From Eledone cirrhosa (taxonomy: Eukaryota), in contig OZ024746.1 in the NCBI GenBank assembly GCA_964016885.1, positions 28,396,001 to 28,460,000 on the forward strand: 64,000 bases of DNA, in the 5' to 3' direction. A program made the position numbers and the translations under genes. Below are positions 31,671 through 45,648 of this stretch, in pieces. Below the pieces are notes generated by a model. The model saw only the letters and a list, made by a program, of their open reading frames with translations, searched no databases and was not told where the DNA came from. How positions within the stretch are numbered: position 1 is the stretch's first letter; every line of letters starts with the position of its first letter.

Positions 31671-31966
31671 GGACAAAATGAAAACACACACACACATATA
31701 TAAACAACTTACAATTGAAAACACACACAAAATGAAAACACACACAAGACAAAATGAAAACACACACACACATAGAACAAACAACCAACCAACAATAAAT
31801 AAATAAATAAACAAACAAATATAAATAGAAAAATAGAAAAATGAACACAAACACACACAGACACCCGGATGTGGCGCATGCGCAAACTGAGCACGCAACC
31901 CACACACAAACAAAATGGCGTAGGATAGAAGAAAGGAAAGGCACAGAAACGAAGAAAGAAATCCCC

Positions 31967-32011
31967 AGTCACTGAAGAGGTCACAGAGTGTGTGACGAAA
32001 GAACTATGACT
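31967..32011 (+). ncRNA. Minimal type-I hammerhead ribozyme in PLE pLTR
   Basis: agtca CTGAAGA g gtcaca-gagtg-tgtgac GAAA gaac TA tgact: stem I agtca/tgact, stem II 6 bp. Confidence 0.85.
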
Positions 32012-32249
32012 ATATATATATAAACAACTATCTGGTTGTGGAACCAACCAACCAACCAGAAATTTATAAATTTGTAAATTTATAAATATATATTAAATTA
32101 AATTGAAGTGAAAGCAACTGGTGCGTGTGTTTCTTATTGGCAACATGACCCTCCCAAAGTATAACAATATATTTATATATATATATATTTATATATATAT
32201 ATATTTATATATATATATATTTATATATATATATATTTATATATATATA

Positions 32250-32478
<229 letters not shown>

Positions 32479-32479
32479 T

Positions 32480-32539
<60 letters not shown>

Positions 32540-32559
32540 TATATATATATATTTATATT

Positions 32560-32594
<35 letters not shown>

Positions 32595-32799
32595 ATATTT
32601 ATTTATATATATATACATGCACATATATATATACATACATATATGAATATATATATATGTATATATATATATGTATATATATATACATGCATATATAAAT
32701 ATATATATATATATGTATATATATATATTTATATATATATACATGCATATATAAATATATATATATATGTATATATATATATTTATATATATATACACT

Positions 32800-32831
<32 letters not shown>

Positions 32832-32835
32832 CACT

Positions 32836-32897
<62 letters not shown>

Positions 32898-33073
32898 ATT
32901 ATTAGTTTTATTTTTATCCATATATTTCTTAATTTCTTTCTTTCTCCATGACAATATTTTATTGTGTTTCAGTTTGTGAGAACAAAGCTGTGAAGCGAAA
33001 AGCAAGACAGAACGCAATTATTAAACAAAAGGAAATATATATATATACACACACACAAACACACACACACACA

Positions 33074-33164
<91 letters not shown>

Positions 33165-33168
33165 AAAT

Positions 33169-33257
<89 letters not shown>

Positions 33258-33274
33258 AATATATATAAATATAT

Positions 33275-33336
<62 letters not shown>

Positions 33337-33403
33337 GTATGAACTTTTATGTATATATATACGAATACATATTAATGTTTGTATGTGTGTGTATGTATGA
33401 ACT

Positions 33404-33437
<34 letters not shown>

Positions 33438-33879
33438 TATATAAATCTGTGTATGTGTGTACGTATATATGTATATGTATGTGTGCTGTGGATACATGAT
33501 TATGTATATCTTTCATACACACATTTATATTATAGGAGACAGTTCTAGAAATATTTCTACTGTATATATTTTCCATTGTCATTGTTTATGTTTTTCTTGA
33601 TCATTTTTTTATTATTTTCAACATTGTGGTTTCTCTGAAATGTGTGTTGTTGTTATTGTTGTAGTTATTAATGTTGTTCTGCTATAAATAATTAGGAACA
33701 CTTAAGTACAATATTTGATCACTATAGGAAATGAAGAGTGTTGGGCACCGTTTGTCCTCCACAAATAACTAAGTAAATATCTAAATGATAAATATCTGAA
33801 TGTAAATATTTTCACTGCGAACCGAAACGTCTTTTTGTGTCAATCCTTTGATTGCTAACCTATTGCCCTGGTACTTCGT

Positions 33880-34200
33880 ATGTTACGACGTCGACGGCTG
33901 TTCTCATTGATACGATCAGCGGAACAGCTTGTTCGGGAAATTAACGTGCTAAGTGGCTGAGCATTCCAGAGACACGCATACCATTAAGGTAGATCTCAGG
34001 GAGATCCAGCGTGACACAGAATGTGTGAATTTTTTGGCCCTTAGAATTATAGAGACAACACATTTGTGACAGCTGAATTGTCTAGCGCAGCGTGAAATAA
34101 AATGTGTTTCTCAAAAACACATGGTGCCACCTGGAATGGAACTCACAACCTTATGATCGGGAGCCGAATATTTTAACCACTAAACCCCGCGCCTTCACAA
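33880..34200 (-). mobile_element. Third tRNA-derived SINE family (tail fragments at ~2395-2490, 14410-14580, 15020-15390, 15840-15980)
   Basis: Head ggcgcggggtttagtggttaa...gagttccattcc; shared tail gctcagccactt.cacgttaattt. Confidence 0.7.
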
Positions 34201-34857
34201 CGTAATGATCTATTATTGCACTAACGCCGAGTCAATATCCGTCAAGTGTCGGATAAAATGTTTGTGGTATATAGTTGTGACTTTCTACATTCTAAGATCA
34301 TATCCCACCGGGGTCAATTTTTCTTTTATCCTTTCGTGATCGATAATATGGAAGTACCGGTTATATACAGGTTTCTATGTAGTCGGCTTTCTTCTTCCCT
34401 CACATTGCTGGTCTTGTGCCAATGTTAGAAACCGATATTATATTACTTCAAATCTAGTAGTGATACAGGGCGGTAATTCGTGTCTGTGATAAAGTCTACA
34501 GGAAGGGAAGTGCTGTCAGACGGACTTGTCCGAGATGTACGCACAGCGATGAGACAGTTCTGCACGCACTCGTTCAGTGTTTGTGCATTACTGACTTGTA
34601 GAGTTTTGTCGAACAGCTATTTTCTCGTTTATGATGGATCCTGCTACCGACCGAGTCCATCGTGAAGATCGTCCAGTTTGGATTTAACTAAATTTTAGTG
34701 AGTTAAGGAAGTCATATTTTGCTGCAGCATTTATTTTATGAGTATGAACGCGTATATGATTGATTGGTTCCAGGTTTGATTCCCTCGGTTGACATCTCAG
34801 CCGGCAAAACGTTAGACATTTAAGCTAATATTGATACATGTAGTATATGTATGCATA

Positions 34858-34921
<64 letters not shown>

Positions 34922-35004
34922 TATGTACATATGCATACATATATTTATATATATATATATATATAAATATATGTACATATGCATACATATACATATATAT
35001 GTAT

Positions 35005-36012
35005 GTAAAAGGTAAACAGAAATAACAACACAATCGGTACAGTATATGGAAGGTATATATTAGGTTAACGCTTGATATAGCAGGAAGAGGGTCTTAACGT
35101 TTCGGACGTTAATCCTTCATCAGAAGAAAGAATGAGAAATAAGATAGATTGAGGGGGCGAGCGGGATGGAATCGGAACAAAATGTCTTTAGATAAAAATA
35201 ACAGGTCCATTCATGTTGACATGTCTTGCAAAACTGTTGGTGCTGGCGTTTTGTGTATGATTCACTTTTTAGAAAAGTGGATGATGGAGCGCGTCTACTT
35301 GATATGGAAAAAAAAACGCAAACAGAGCTATACTTGTGCCAGTGCGTAAGCATGTGTTTGTGTGTGTGTGTGTTAATATACGTCCGTACGAAGCTAAGAA
35401 GAAATGTATGTGTATATGTGAGTTAAAGTGTGTTAATATAAGGGAGTGTATGTGTGTATATAAGTGAAGTGAGCATATATAGTCGGCATGTATTAGTTGT
35501 AAGAGAAGCTGCTAATGATCATGAAAAGCGATAGGTATCTAGGGTTGTGATAATGGACGGAGTATAAGTGAAATTGGGGGAGGGGGGTGAATTGAGTCCA
35601 AGAGGGGAATAGGACCCAAGGCGGTGAATCAGACTTTGTTCAGTCCTGGTGCGCGAGGCCTGTGATCCATGATGTAAAACATGTAGGGAAGAATGACAAG
35701 AAGAACAGAAATGACGGGCGACAGGAGTATCCTAACCGAGTCATATGTCCCTCGAATATTCGGCAAAACGTTCCACCATAGGCGTCCCGTTTGTCCGCTA
35801 TATAAAGACCCGCAAAGGGAACACCGGAGGGCATAGACAACGTGGGTGGATGTGCAGGTGAAGGAATGGCGGATACGGAAAGACCCGTTAGGGCTTGTAA
35901 GAGTGGTGAGGGTGGAAATAAAAGGACAAGTCTTGCAGCGGGAACGGGAACAAGGATGAGAGCCGGGTGGAGTCGTGGGAAATGGGAAAGGACGAAAAGG
36001 AACTGCGAACCA
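35005..36012 (-). mobile_element. 5'-truncated PLE (Neptune-like GIY-YIG end + pLTR)
   Basis: PCSRSRCKTCPFI...FTCTSTHVVYALRCSLCGSLYSGQTGR, frameshifted; HHR downstream. Confidence 0.85.
35092..35127 (-). ncRNA. Minimal hammerhead ribozyme
   Basis: tctt CTGATGA a gga-ttaacg-tcc GAAA cg TT aaga. Confidence 0.75.
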
Positions 36013-37023
36013 GATACATAAATACATATACATTCACACACACACACACACACACAAACACACACATATGTATCTATGGGAATTAAAAGAAGTTAAGATG
36101 GGGTTACTTCCCCATAACTTCTTCATTGCATGATATATATTCCTCTTACATTGTTATGCATGTGACTTCATCACCCGATCATACAATCATAGGTGCAGTT
36201 ATGCAATCATGGGATATATTGCTACCAGCTGTGACATGTTTTCTGTCTTCAAATATTTCCTCATTTTCCTTTCTTTCATTATTCAAGTCAAAAGACATTT
36301 TTCTTTTCTCAAGAATATGTAATATGTTGTTGTGCTATTTGATTGTATTAACTCGAAGTAATTAACTCGGAACCAAATACCTTATATGGATATCTTCTGT
36401 CATTATTAGCTTTCGGCATTATGATTTCAGAATTCCATTTGTATTATTTTCCTACGTACAGTTTACAGTCTTCTTAATTATCTTCATTAGCGAATTTCTA
36501 TCTAATTACTGAGACAGATAGCGAATTCTTGAGAATTCTTTTATTCTTTGGCTTTAAGGCGGCTAACACAATTTAATTCTTCCTTTGTGTCAAGTATTTT
36601 ACATTCCAGATAAATTGGAATGGAAAAAATTCTTGACAAATTATGTTTGTCATTGCTTATGGATTAACAGTTTATGATTAACTAGTAGTACCCGTGAAAA
36701 TTACACGGTTATTTTGAAAGCTATGAAATTGTTGAGTGTTTGTATAGAACCATGATGTATTGATGATTTCTTTTGAATTAATATTTTCTCTTTAGCGTTT
36801 GTTTGTTGAGATGGTGTAAAGTCTATGACTAATGTAGCAACTGAATGTGCAGTCTTAAGAAAGAATATCTTTGAAAACAATATTATTTGTTATACAATTA
36901 TCACCAGCTTTACCTTGGGAGTTGTTATCTATTATTTTCATCTTTACCTCAAGAAGTAAACAATCTTAACTTTAGAACGAAATCGACGATACAATCTACA
37001 ATCTTTTTTGCTATGAAACCTAC

Positions 37024-37086
<63 letters not shown>

Positions 37087-37755
37087 GTAAACAAATATAT
37101 CTGTAGATCATACCCTGCAAAGAAATCAGTAAGAAGGCTATTTACCATTTAACAATAGATCAGTGCTTTTCAAACCGAGTTCATACAAACCAAAAATTTC
37201 ACTAAAATACATTTGGGGTTCGTGAAAAGTAAGTTCCTAAAAGATTTGTCAGTAATGTTTAACAACTGTTCATGACATTCTAAAGTTTCTACTTGAATAT
37301 GATTTTCATTGCATGAAATACTATAGTTTGATGTAATAAAAGAAAAACATGTGTATACATATATACATATAAATATATATTATTTGATTTAGTGTTTAAT
37401 GGTTTCTTGTAAGATTCAGGGAAATGGTTGGGTATTTTGAAATATCAAGATTAAGGGTTCTTTATAATTCTTTCAGTAATATATGACGTGTGTATCGTGA
37501 AATGTCAAGTATAAGACAGGCAAACATCCACTACAATTGGCATTATATGTATTGTAAGCCTTGTGTTTTTATATGCTGTGTTTCCGTATGGAAGCTGTAT
37601 GTAAGATGGCTGTCACGTATTAGGGGCTGATGATGACGACGCCGATGAGCATGCAGTGATAGAGTTCATTGTGATAATGATGGTGTTAGGGATGGTAATG
37701 ATGATGTGGAGGAGGGGGATGCAACGATGATATTGATGATGGTAATGGTGATGGA

Positions 37756-37794
<39 letters not shown>

Positions 37795-38040
37795 AATGAA
37801 GATACAATGAAGAAAAAGGCGATGGTGATGAGGAGGAAGACAAGGTAGGAGAAAGAAATAGGTGGCTGATAGCAGGCAAGGTATACAATAAACACAGGCA
37901 GCACACTGAAACAATAGGTAGGGTAGTGGGGTGATTCATTGAGATAGTAATCGATATTTTATGTATAGAAATGATGACATCTGATCACATCACATAGTTA
38001 ATGTGCCTATATATATATATATGAGTGTGTGTGTGTGAAT

Positions 38041-38088
<48 letters not shown>

Positions 38089-38110
38089 ATACACATATAT
38101 ATATATACAC

Positions 38111-38208
<98 letters not shown>

Positions 38209-38212
38209 GTAT

Positions 38213-38265
<53 letters not shown>

Positions 38266-38282
38266 GTATATGTTTTATATAT

Positions 38283-38314
<32 letters not shown>

Positions 38315-38583
38315 GTATATGTTTTATATACATATATATATATATATATATATGCATATATACATATATAGGCATACACATACATTGAAGAGTGTAATGA
38401 GAACAATCAATTAATCCGCCATTGTTTTCTCTACATGGCAGTTTTCTCAACATGGATATGGTTTCAAATTTATCTTCTTCTTCTTCTTCTTCTTCTTCTT
38501 CTTCTTCTTCTTCTTCTTCTTCTTCTTCTTCTTCTTCTTCTTCTTCTTCTTCTTCTTCATGACTCATATTGTTGACGTTGATA

Positions 38584-38641
<58 letters not shown>

Positions 38642-38747
38642 CAAACATCCTCTTTACTCCTTATCTATGTTTCTTCAACATACTCATGGTACCTATTATT
38701 CTTATCAGTACACATAGAGACATATGAACACACATACACACGCACAA

Positions 38748-38783
<36 letters not shown>

Positions 38784-38892
38784 ACCCAAAACGTACACAC
38801 ATATACATATATTCAGAAAGAGCAACACTTGTGTATATATATTTATTGCGTTGTGTTACACTGAACTTGCATCAATTGAATCTGCAACACAG

Positions 38893-39046
<154 letters not shown>

Positions 39047-39151
39047 ATGTATACCTATATATATGTATATATATATATGTATGTATGTATATGTATATAA
39101 ATATATATGTATGTATATATATATATATATATATACATATATGTATATATA

Positions 39152-39220
<69 letters not shown>

Positions 39221-39316
39221 CTGTCTATGTATATATATATGTATGTATGTATGTATATATATATATGTATGTATATGTATATAAATATATATATGTATGT
39301 ATAGATGTATGTATAT

Positions 39317-39372
<56 letters not shown>

Positions 39373-39376
39373 GTAC

Positions 39377-39410
<34 letters not shown>

Positions 39411-39516
39411 ATATATATACATATATATGCATATATATACATACATATATATATATATATGTATATATATACATATATATACATACATATATATATATAT
39501 ATATGTATATATTTAC

Positions 39517-39550
<34 letters not shown>

Positions 39551-39562
39551 GCATATATATTC

Positions 39563-39611
<49 letters not shown>

Positions 39612-39626
39612 CATACATGTATATAT

Positions 39627-39658
<32 letters not shown>

Positions 39659-39739
39659 TTATTTTTATAAGCCCATAATTACACATAGAGATGTATACTT
39701 ACATGCATATATTTATATATTACACGCAGACAGACACAC

Positions 39740-39783
<44 letters not shown>

Positions 39784-40609
39784 CCAAACACATAAACACA
39801 TATAAAATCATCAAACATACCTATCCAACTTAACACGCATTACACCACAGATACATACACAGACACATACATATATGTACGGACATATGCATAATTACAT
39901 ATACACATGCACATTTACATTTGCATACATATATACACAGTCATTTATTGATGCATTGATAGAATTCTGCTGAATAAGTCTAAAATGGCGCACATGTTGT
40001 TGATTACATCGTCAGCAAGACATTGGAACATTTAAATGTCTGTTTATTGATTAGAAGATTTAATTAAATAGATAATTAGTGAGGTGAAATCGGTTTAAGT
40101 TTAGTAAAAGTAGGTTAAACAATTGAAACAATTTCGCTTATTAGGCGGCATTGAATACGAATGATGAGTTTTGGTGCAAGAATCTAAAATAGAATGTAGT
40201 TCGGTTAGTTGTGGCTTTTTTTAAAAATGTAGAGCACAAATCGAAGTAGTATTCAAAGCAAGTTGAGATACAAAGTTGGTATAGTAAATGTGAAAACCAC
40301 ACAGCTTACAGCCTAACTTACTTTGAAATATATTTTAAACTGGGTTTGTTGGGATTTTATTAATTTCTATTTGAATATATATTTATATATATGCGAGAAA
40401 AACCACAAACCCACCATATCAAATTTAATTTTGAAAAGTATAAGATCAGTGAAACCGGTAACGGAAATAAATAAATATTCTTAAAAAGACTCTTGTTGCA
40501 TTTTCGAATTCGTTTCCTTATACTTTCACCCGCGTAGGACATCTCGTTTTATTCCTTTTCTTTTGTTTTTTTTTAATAAAAAAACCTTCATTTTCTTATA
40601 TATTATATA

Positions 40610-40643
<34 letters not shown>

Positions 40644-40850
40644 GGCGACCTACGTAGTAAATCGTATCATCGTGAGCTCCGCAAAGGTTTGTTATTTCCG
40701 TTTGTTAAAAATTGTCATTTATGGAAAATTTTATTGTTAACTGTTTATAAGCGCACATACATTGTTTTCCGAAAAGGACACCCAAAAAGATTGGCGCCTT
40801 GTGCCCAAAATTTAAACTTTTATTATTATCAAAAAACTTCTTTGAAAAAA

Positions 40851-42868
40851 ATGGCTAATTCACCTCTGCAACAAGCAGCTGAAAGCCTTCCTCACAAATT
40901 AACACCTCACACCGACACCACCATTGTAAATGTTACTACGTTTGCCAACACAAAAAAAAAATATAAGCAGTAGCAATATTTTAAATTTGTCTCAGGCATA
41001 CATTCATTTCCCGCCATTACCAATGACTGCAGGTGTTAAAGCCTCCACCACCACCACCACCGCGACAACCACCACCCCCACCACCACCGCGACAACAGAA
41101 ACAAAAGAAGAAAAAAATAAATTAACTCGTGATGTCGAAATGAAATCAAGCAAAATGGACTCTTCCCCACCAAAGACGACTGACGTCACCACCACCACAA
41201 CTGAAACTAAAATTAATATTAACACAAATAACGATAGCAACAACAACAACAATGACATTATAAAACCGACCCTCAGTTTCGCCAGAGTAGCAAAACAGTT
41301 CGAAGCATTTACGGTAACTCAGGAGGATTTAGAAAATGCCAAACAAATGGTAAAGAAAGATGGGTACAGGGTCAGCCTCACCCCCCCACCTAATAAAATG
41401 GAGCATCGGCGCCTATGCACCGTGTCGTATAGAACAATAAATGTAAAATCGCGCCGAGTGGAACGGGCATCCGAGTCCCAAATCCAAAAAGCTTTGGGAC
41501 ATGTGTGGGCAAGAAAAACCCACATCAGACGTGGGCAAAAGTATGGAACCGTGAACGTGTTCTTTGAAACACCAGAGGAGGCTAGAGAACACTCCATGGC
41601 CCCATTAAGAAGTGACGACTTCACACTCGTCCCAAGCTATTGTGGCCAGAGACTCGTAAAGATCAGGGTGACCCACGTTCCACCGGCCATCGAAATTCCC
41701 TGTCTAATAGCGGCCGTCCTCGCCGGCATCGAAGCCAACACGAAAATAATAGCAATAGCAAAAGAAAAGCAGGAGAACTGGTCCGGATCTGGGATGGAGC
41801 TCCTGATCCAAGCGGACCAAAAAAGCATTGAGGAGTTCCCAGAGGTAATAGACCTCACTGACGGCAGCCACCTCACGGTAATTGTCGAGGGCAGAAGACC
41901 TAGGTGTGTCGTTTGTGGTGAAGGAACCCACCTAGGGGCTTTCTGCCCTCAGGCTAAAAGGTTGAGGCTACCTCTCCTACCCACCCCAGTGACACAACCA
42001 TCAACACCACCAGTAGCAGAGATGGCAGCAACAACTGTAGCAGCAACAACAGAAGCAACTATAACAGCAACAACCCCAGCAACAGTAGCAAAACCAACAC
42101 CACCACCACCAGCAAAACCAACACCACCACCACCACCAGCAAAACCAACACCACCACCACCCAACGCTTCAGAACTAGCACCAGCGCCTACACCATCCAC
42201 CACGCCACAACCAAAACTAACGGCTGTGGAGGATTTTCCACTCCCCGGCTTTTCACAACTAGAGACAGATTGTGACGACGAGGAGTGGGAAACGATATCC
42301 GGAAAAAAAAAGAAACCAAAAAAGAAAAAATTCTCTTCCTTCCCCCTCCAAAAACAAAATACAGAAGGAAACAAATAAATTAAGAAACAAAAAAGTTAGG
42401 ACAGATATGCCACCATCCCGACCAGCATCACCAACCCCATCAACCCAAACACCAACACCATCACCATCATTAACCCCAACACCACCATCACCTACACCAC
42501 AAAAGTCACCAAAATGCGAAACAGAAACAAACCCACAACAAACGCAAACAAAACAAAACAACCAAAACGATACACACTACACAGCATTAAATTTGAACAA
42601 CAAGCAATTATTACACTACATCCAACACAACACCAGCATCACAGAAAAAGACTACACAACAACCCCAAAATTCACACCACCTCCACACATACAAATCACT
42701 CGCATCACACAGAAAACGTACATGACACTAAAACAAAAATTCCCCAAAGACATCGGAGACTTCCGACAAACACTCTCCAGGAGGATTTATAAGGACATCC
42801 TTCCTGAGGAGGCCACAAGCAGTGAAAAGGATGGAAAAACCGTCCTTCCCCTACGAGAAGTAAGGTAA
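40851..42868 (+). pseudogene. Tx1 ORF1 (gag-like), two frameshifts near A-runs
   Basis: MANSPLQ start; main frame 40930-42378 with RCVVCGEGTHLGAFC and Pro/Thr-rich tail; continues in 42272-42868. Confidence 0.75.
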
Positions 42869-42902
42869 GTGGTCTTTCCCATCTTTTCCACTCCTTTTCA
42901 AC

Positions 42903-45360
42903 ATGACCTCACTCAGAATAGGCAGCATAAATGCGCGTGGCTTGGGGTTGTCATGGAAGCAGGGCCACCTGCTCAACGACCTCAGGTCACTAAACATAGA
43001 TGTAGTGGCCATCAGCGAGACCAGAATCTCCGAAGCACAGGCTTTCGCACCGATTTTCGGCGGCTACGATGTGTACGCATCTCCCAGTCGTGCGGGATCG
43101 GGGGGAGGAGTTGCTGTGCTTTTTCGGAGAGGCTAGGATCTCGCCATACAGGACCATCTTTATGTGTGAAGCTTTTCAGCGACACTTCGCTCAACTGTTC
43201 GGGGGCAGTGGCGGGCCGGATCGAGGGATGGACTTTAGTGTCTACCTCGACGGACTGCCGCGGCTTTCGGCCACTGAGGCGGAGTGTTGCGAAAATCCGA
43301 TAACAACCGCTGAAGTACGGGATGCAATGACTAGTTGCACAAGGGGTAAATCGCCTGGTTTGGATGGTCTGTCCTATGAACTTTACGTACAAATGCCAAA
43401 CTTGTTCGGAGGCCTCTTGGCGGACGTCTACTGCAACTGGCAACAGAACGGGAGAATTCCCAGCTCTGTGAGCCGAGGAGCGGTGGGGCTGCTGAGAAAG
43501 GATCCGAACAAGGGGGATAACATAGATAATTTTAGGCCCATAACTCTGCTAAACACAGAGTTCAAGATTTTGGCGAAGGTGCTGGCAAAGAGGTTGGCGC
43601 TTGTCGTTGGTGGTCTGGTAGGAGAGGCACAGACATGCGCCATTCCCGACAGATCCATCCACGACAACCTCCACCTCATGCGATACATCGTAGAGAGGGT
43701 AGCTAGGGAACCTGGCACGGGTGGGTCTTTGATCAATTTAGATCAGTCGAAAGCCTTCGATAGGGTCGACCACCGTTACCTAGCGGCAGTCCTGAGGGCG
43801 GCTGGCTTTGGGCCCGTCTTCAGAGGCTGGATCGCTGCCATGCACAGCGACATCTGCTCTGTAGTGAGAGTGAACGGTCACCTTTCGGAACCGTTCAACA
43901 TCATGCGCTCGGTCCGCCAAGGATGTCCCCTCTCGTCCCTATTGTACGTATTGACTCTCGAGCCATTACTGCACAAACTGGAGACGTTGAGGGGGGTCTC
44001 GCGCGAACTAGGATGCGGAAGATCCGTGTCAGCATATGCCGACGATGTCACCGTAGTGGTGTCGAACGCCAAACACATCGAGGCGATCGGCACTACACTA
44101 AGAGAATACGAAGCGGTGACAGGAGCAATGATCAACCAGGAAAAGTCAGTGGGCCTGCAGCTCGGCACCTGGAGAGGCAGGTCCATGCCGTCCACAGCGT
44201 CGTCGGGCGCTGGACGGACGGACCGGTTAAATTGCTAGGGGTCTGGTTCGGTCCAGACCTCCAGACGGACAAAAACTGGGACGAGGTGACGAGCAGGGTG
44301 GCTTCTCTCACCCAGAAATGGGCCGAGAGGAAGCTATCCCTGAAAGGTCGAGCGGAGGTGGCGAATGCGTACATCGCATCCGTCATCTTCTACCGCCTGA
44401 CCGTAGTACCTTGTCCTAAGCCCCGCCTGACTGCGCTGGAGCGTTTGCTCTTTCGCTTCTTGTGGAAGGGACGCGCTCCGAGGGCTGGGCATGCCGTGGC
44501 TGATGATGCGCAGACACGCGCTCAGGCTACGACATCTCCACCTCTTCCTCGACGGTGATCAGGTGTGGTCGCCGTTTGCTAGACACGTTTTTCCCCAGCT
44601 CGTCTCCTTGACGGAGCTGCAGTCCTGGGTCAAGCGAAGACCGAGAGGGAGCGCTTGGAGACTGGAATGTCTTCAGGCGCTCACAGCCCTCGACCAATCG
44701 GGCAATGTGATCGGTGGAAACTCCACCTTGGCGTTCTATAGGGGATTAGTGGAGGGGAAGAGCGACGACGTACTTGGAGAAACTCTAGGCGTCGACGAAA
44801 ATCAACTAGCCAATCTCTTCGGAAGGAATTTCGGGCCGGGGCCTATGGACAACTTCCAGAAATCCCTGGCCTGGCAGTGCTACCGAGGAGCTTTTCCAGT
44901 TCGGGATAAACTCTACAGGCATGGAGGTGCCGTCAGCCGGGCATGTCCGAGATGCGCGCAGGGCGACGAAACCGTCCTGCACGCACTCGTCCAGTGTCCG
45001 AGCATTGCTGACTTGTGGGTTTATGTCGAACACCTGCTGTCACGTGTAGGACGGATCCAGCTATCAGCTGAGTCCATTGTGAGGATTGCCCCGCCCCCTT
45101 CCTTTAGCCTGGAAGGGCAGGCAGTTTTTATCTGTCTGGTGGCCATGGCGAAAGAGATAGTATGGTGGACACGTTTGAAAGGGCTGAAGACGAGCAGTTA
45201 CCTCTTCGGTGATGCCCTGATTAACTTTTTCAAATTTCATTTGAAAAGGAAAATCAGGGTAGAGAGGGAAGTGCTCTCTTCCCAGCATTTTGTTGAAAGA
45301 TGGGTGAGAGAAGCAAGTATGGCCCGAATGAATGGGCCTTCTCTGAGTATGTGTCTGTAA
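42903..45360 (+). pseudogene. Tx1 ORF2 (AP endonuclease-RT-CCHC), disrupted
   Basis: IGSINARGL, ISETR, KSPGLDG, NFRPITLLNTEFKILAK, LDQSKAFDRV, SVRQGCPLS, YADD, CPRC..ETVLHALVQC; stop ~43134, deletion ~43160, frameshifts. Confidence 0.92.
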
Positions 45361-45613
45361 ATTAAAGGTGGAAAACTGGGAGAGGGCACTTGCCCTGGTG
45401 GTCAGGGCCACTGTGGTCTTTTAATGGGCTTTCTCCACAAATGTCCCTTGGAAGTCTCCCCCCTATTGGGGAATTTTTCTTTGTTATTTTATTTCAACCT
45501 CTCTTTTTTTACACGCAGAAATGCCCATTTGTACCGTCCTGTATCGTCCTGTACTGTCTTTAATGTCTACTTTATGTGAACCCTTGTGGTTAATAAAGAA
45601 AACATTATTATTA

Positions 45614-45648
<35 letters not shown>

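Larger units (their letters stand above)
27965..32170 (+). mobile_element. Penelope-like retroelement, apparently intact, with 5' inverted pseudo-LTR, embedded in (TA)n
   Basis: Single RT+GIY-YIG ORF; 28023-28951 is the reverse complement of 31242-32170; HHR in both arms; TA arrays on both flanks. Confidence 0.95.
40644..45603 (+). mobile_element. Tx1/L1-clade LINE A, both ends present, internally deleted, flanked by (ATT)n
   Basis: ORF1 with CCHC knuckle, ORF2 EN-RT-zinc finger, AATAAA at 45592, (ATT)n both sides. Confidence 0.9.

Noticed and set aside
28974-32170. Selenoprotein recoding as reported for some Naiad PLEs
   Set aside because: No in-frame TGA in the ORF and no SECIS recognised
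39950-40545. Minus-strand CTGACGA..GAAT motif and SYAGESIR peptide as PLE remnant
   Set aside because: Core and cleavage register do not fit; peptide similarity too weak
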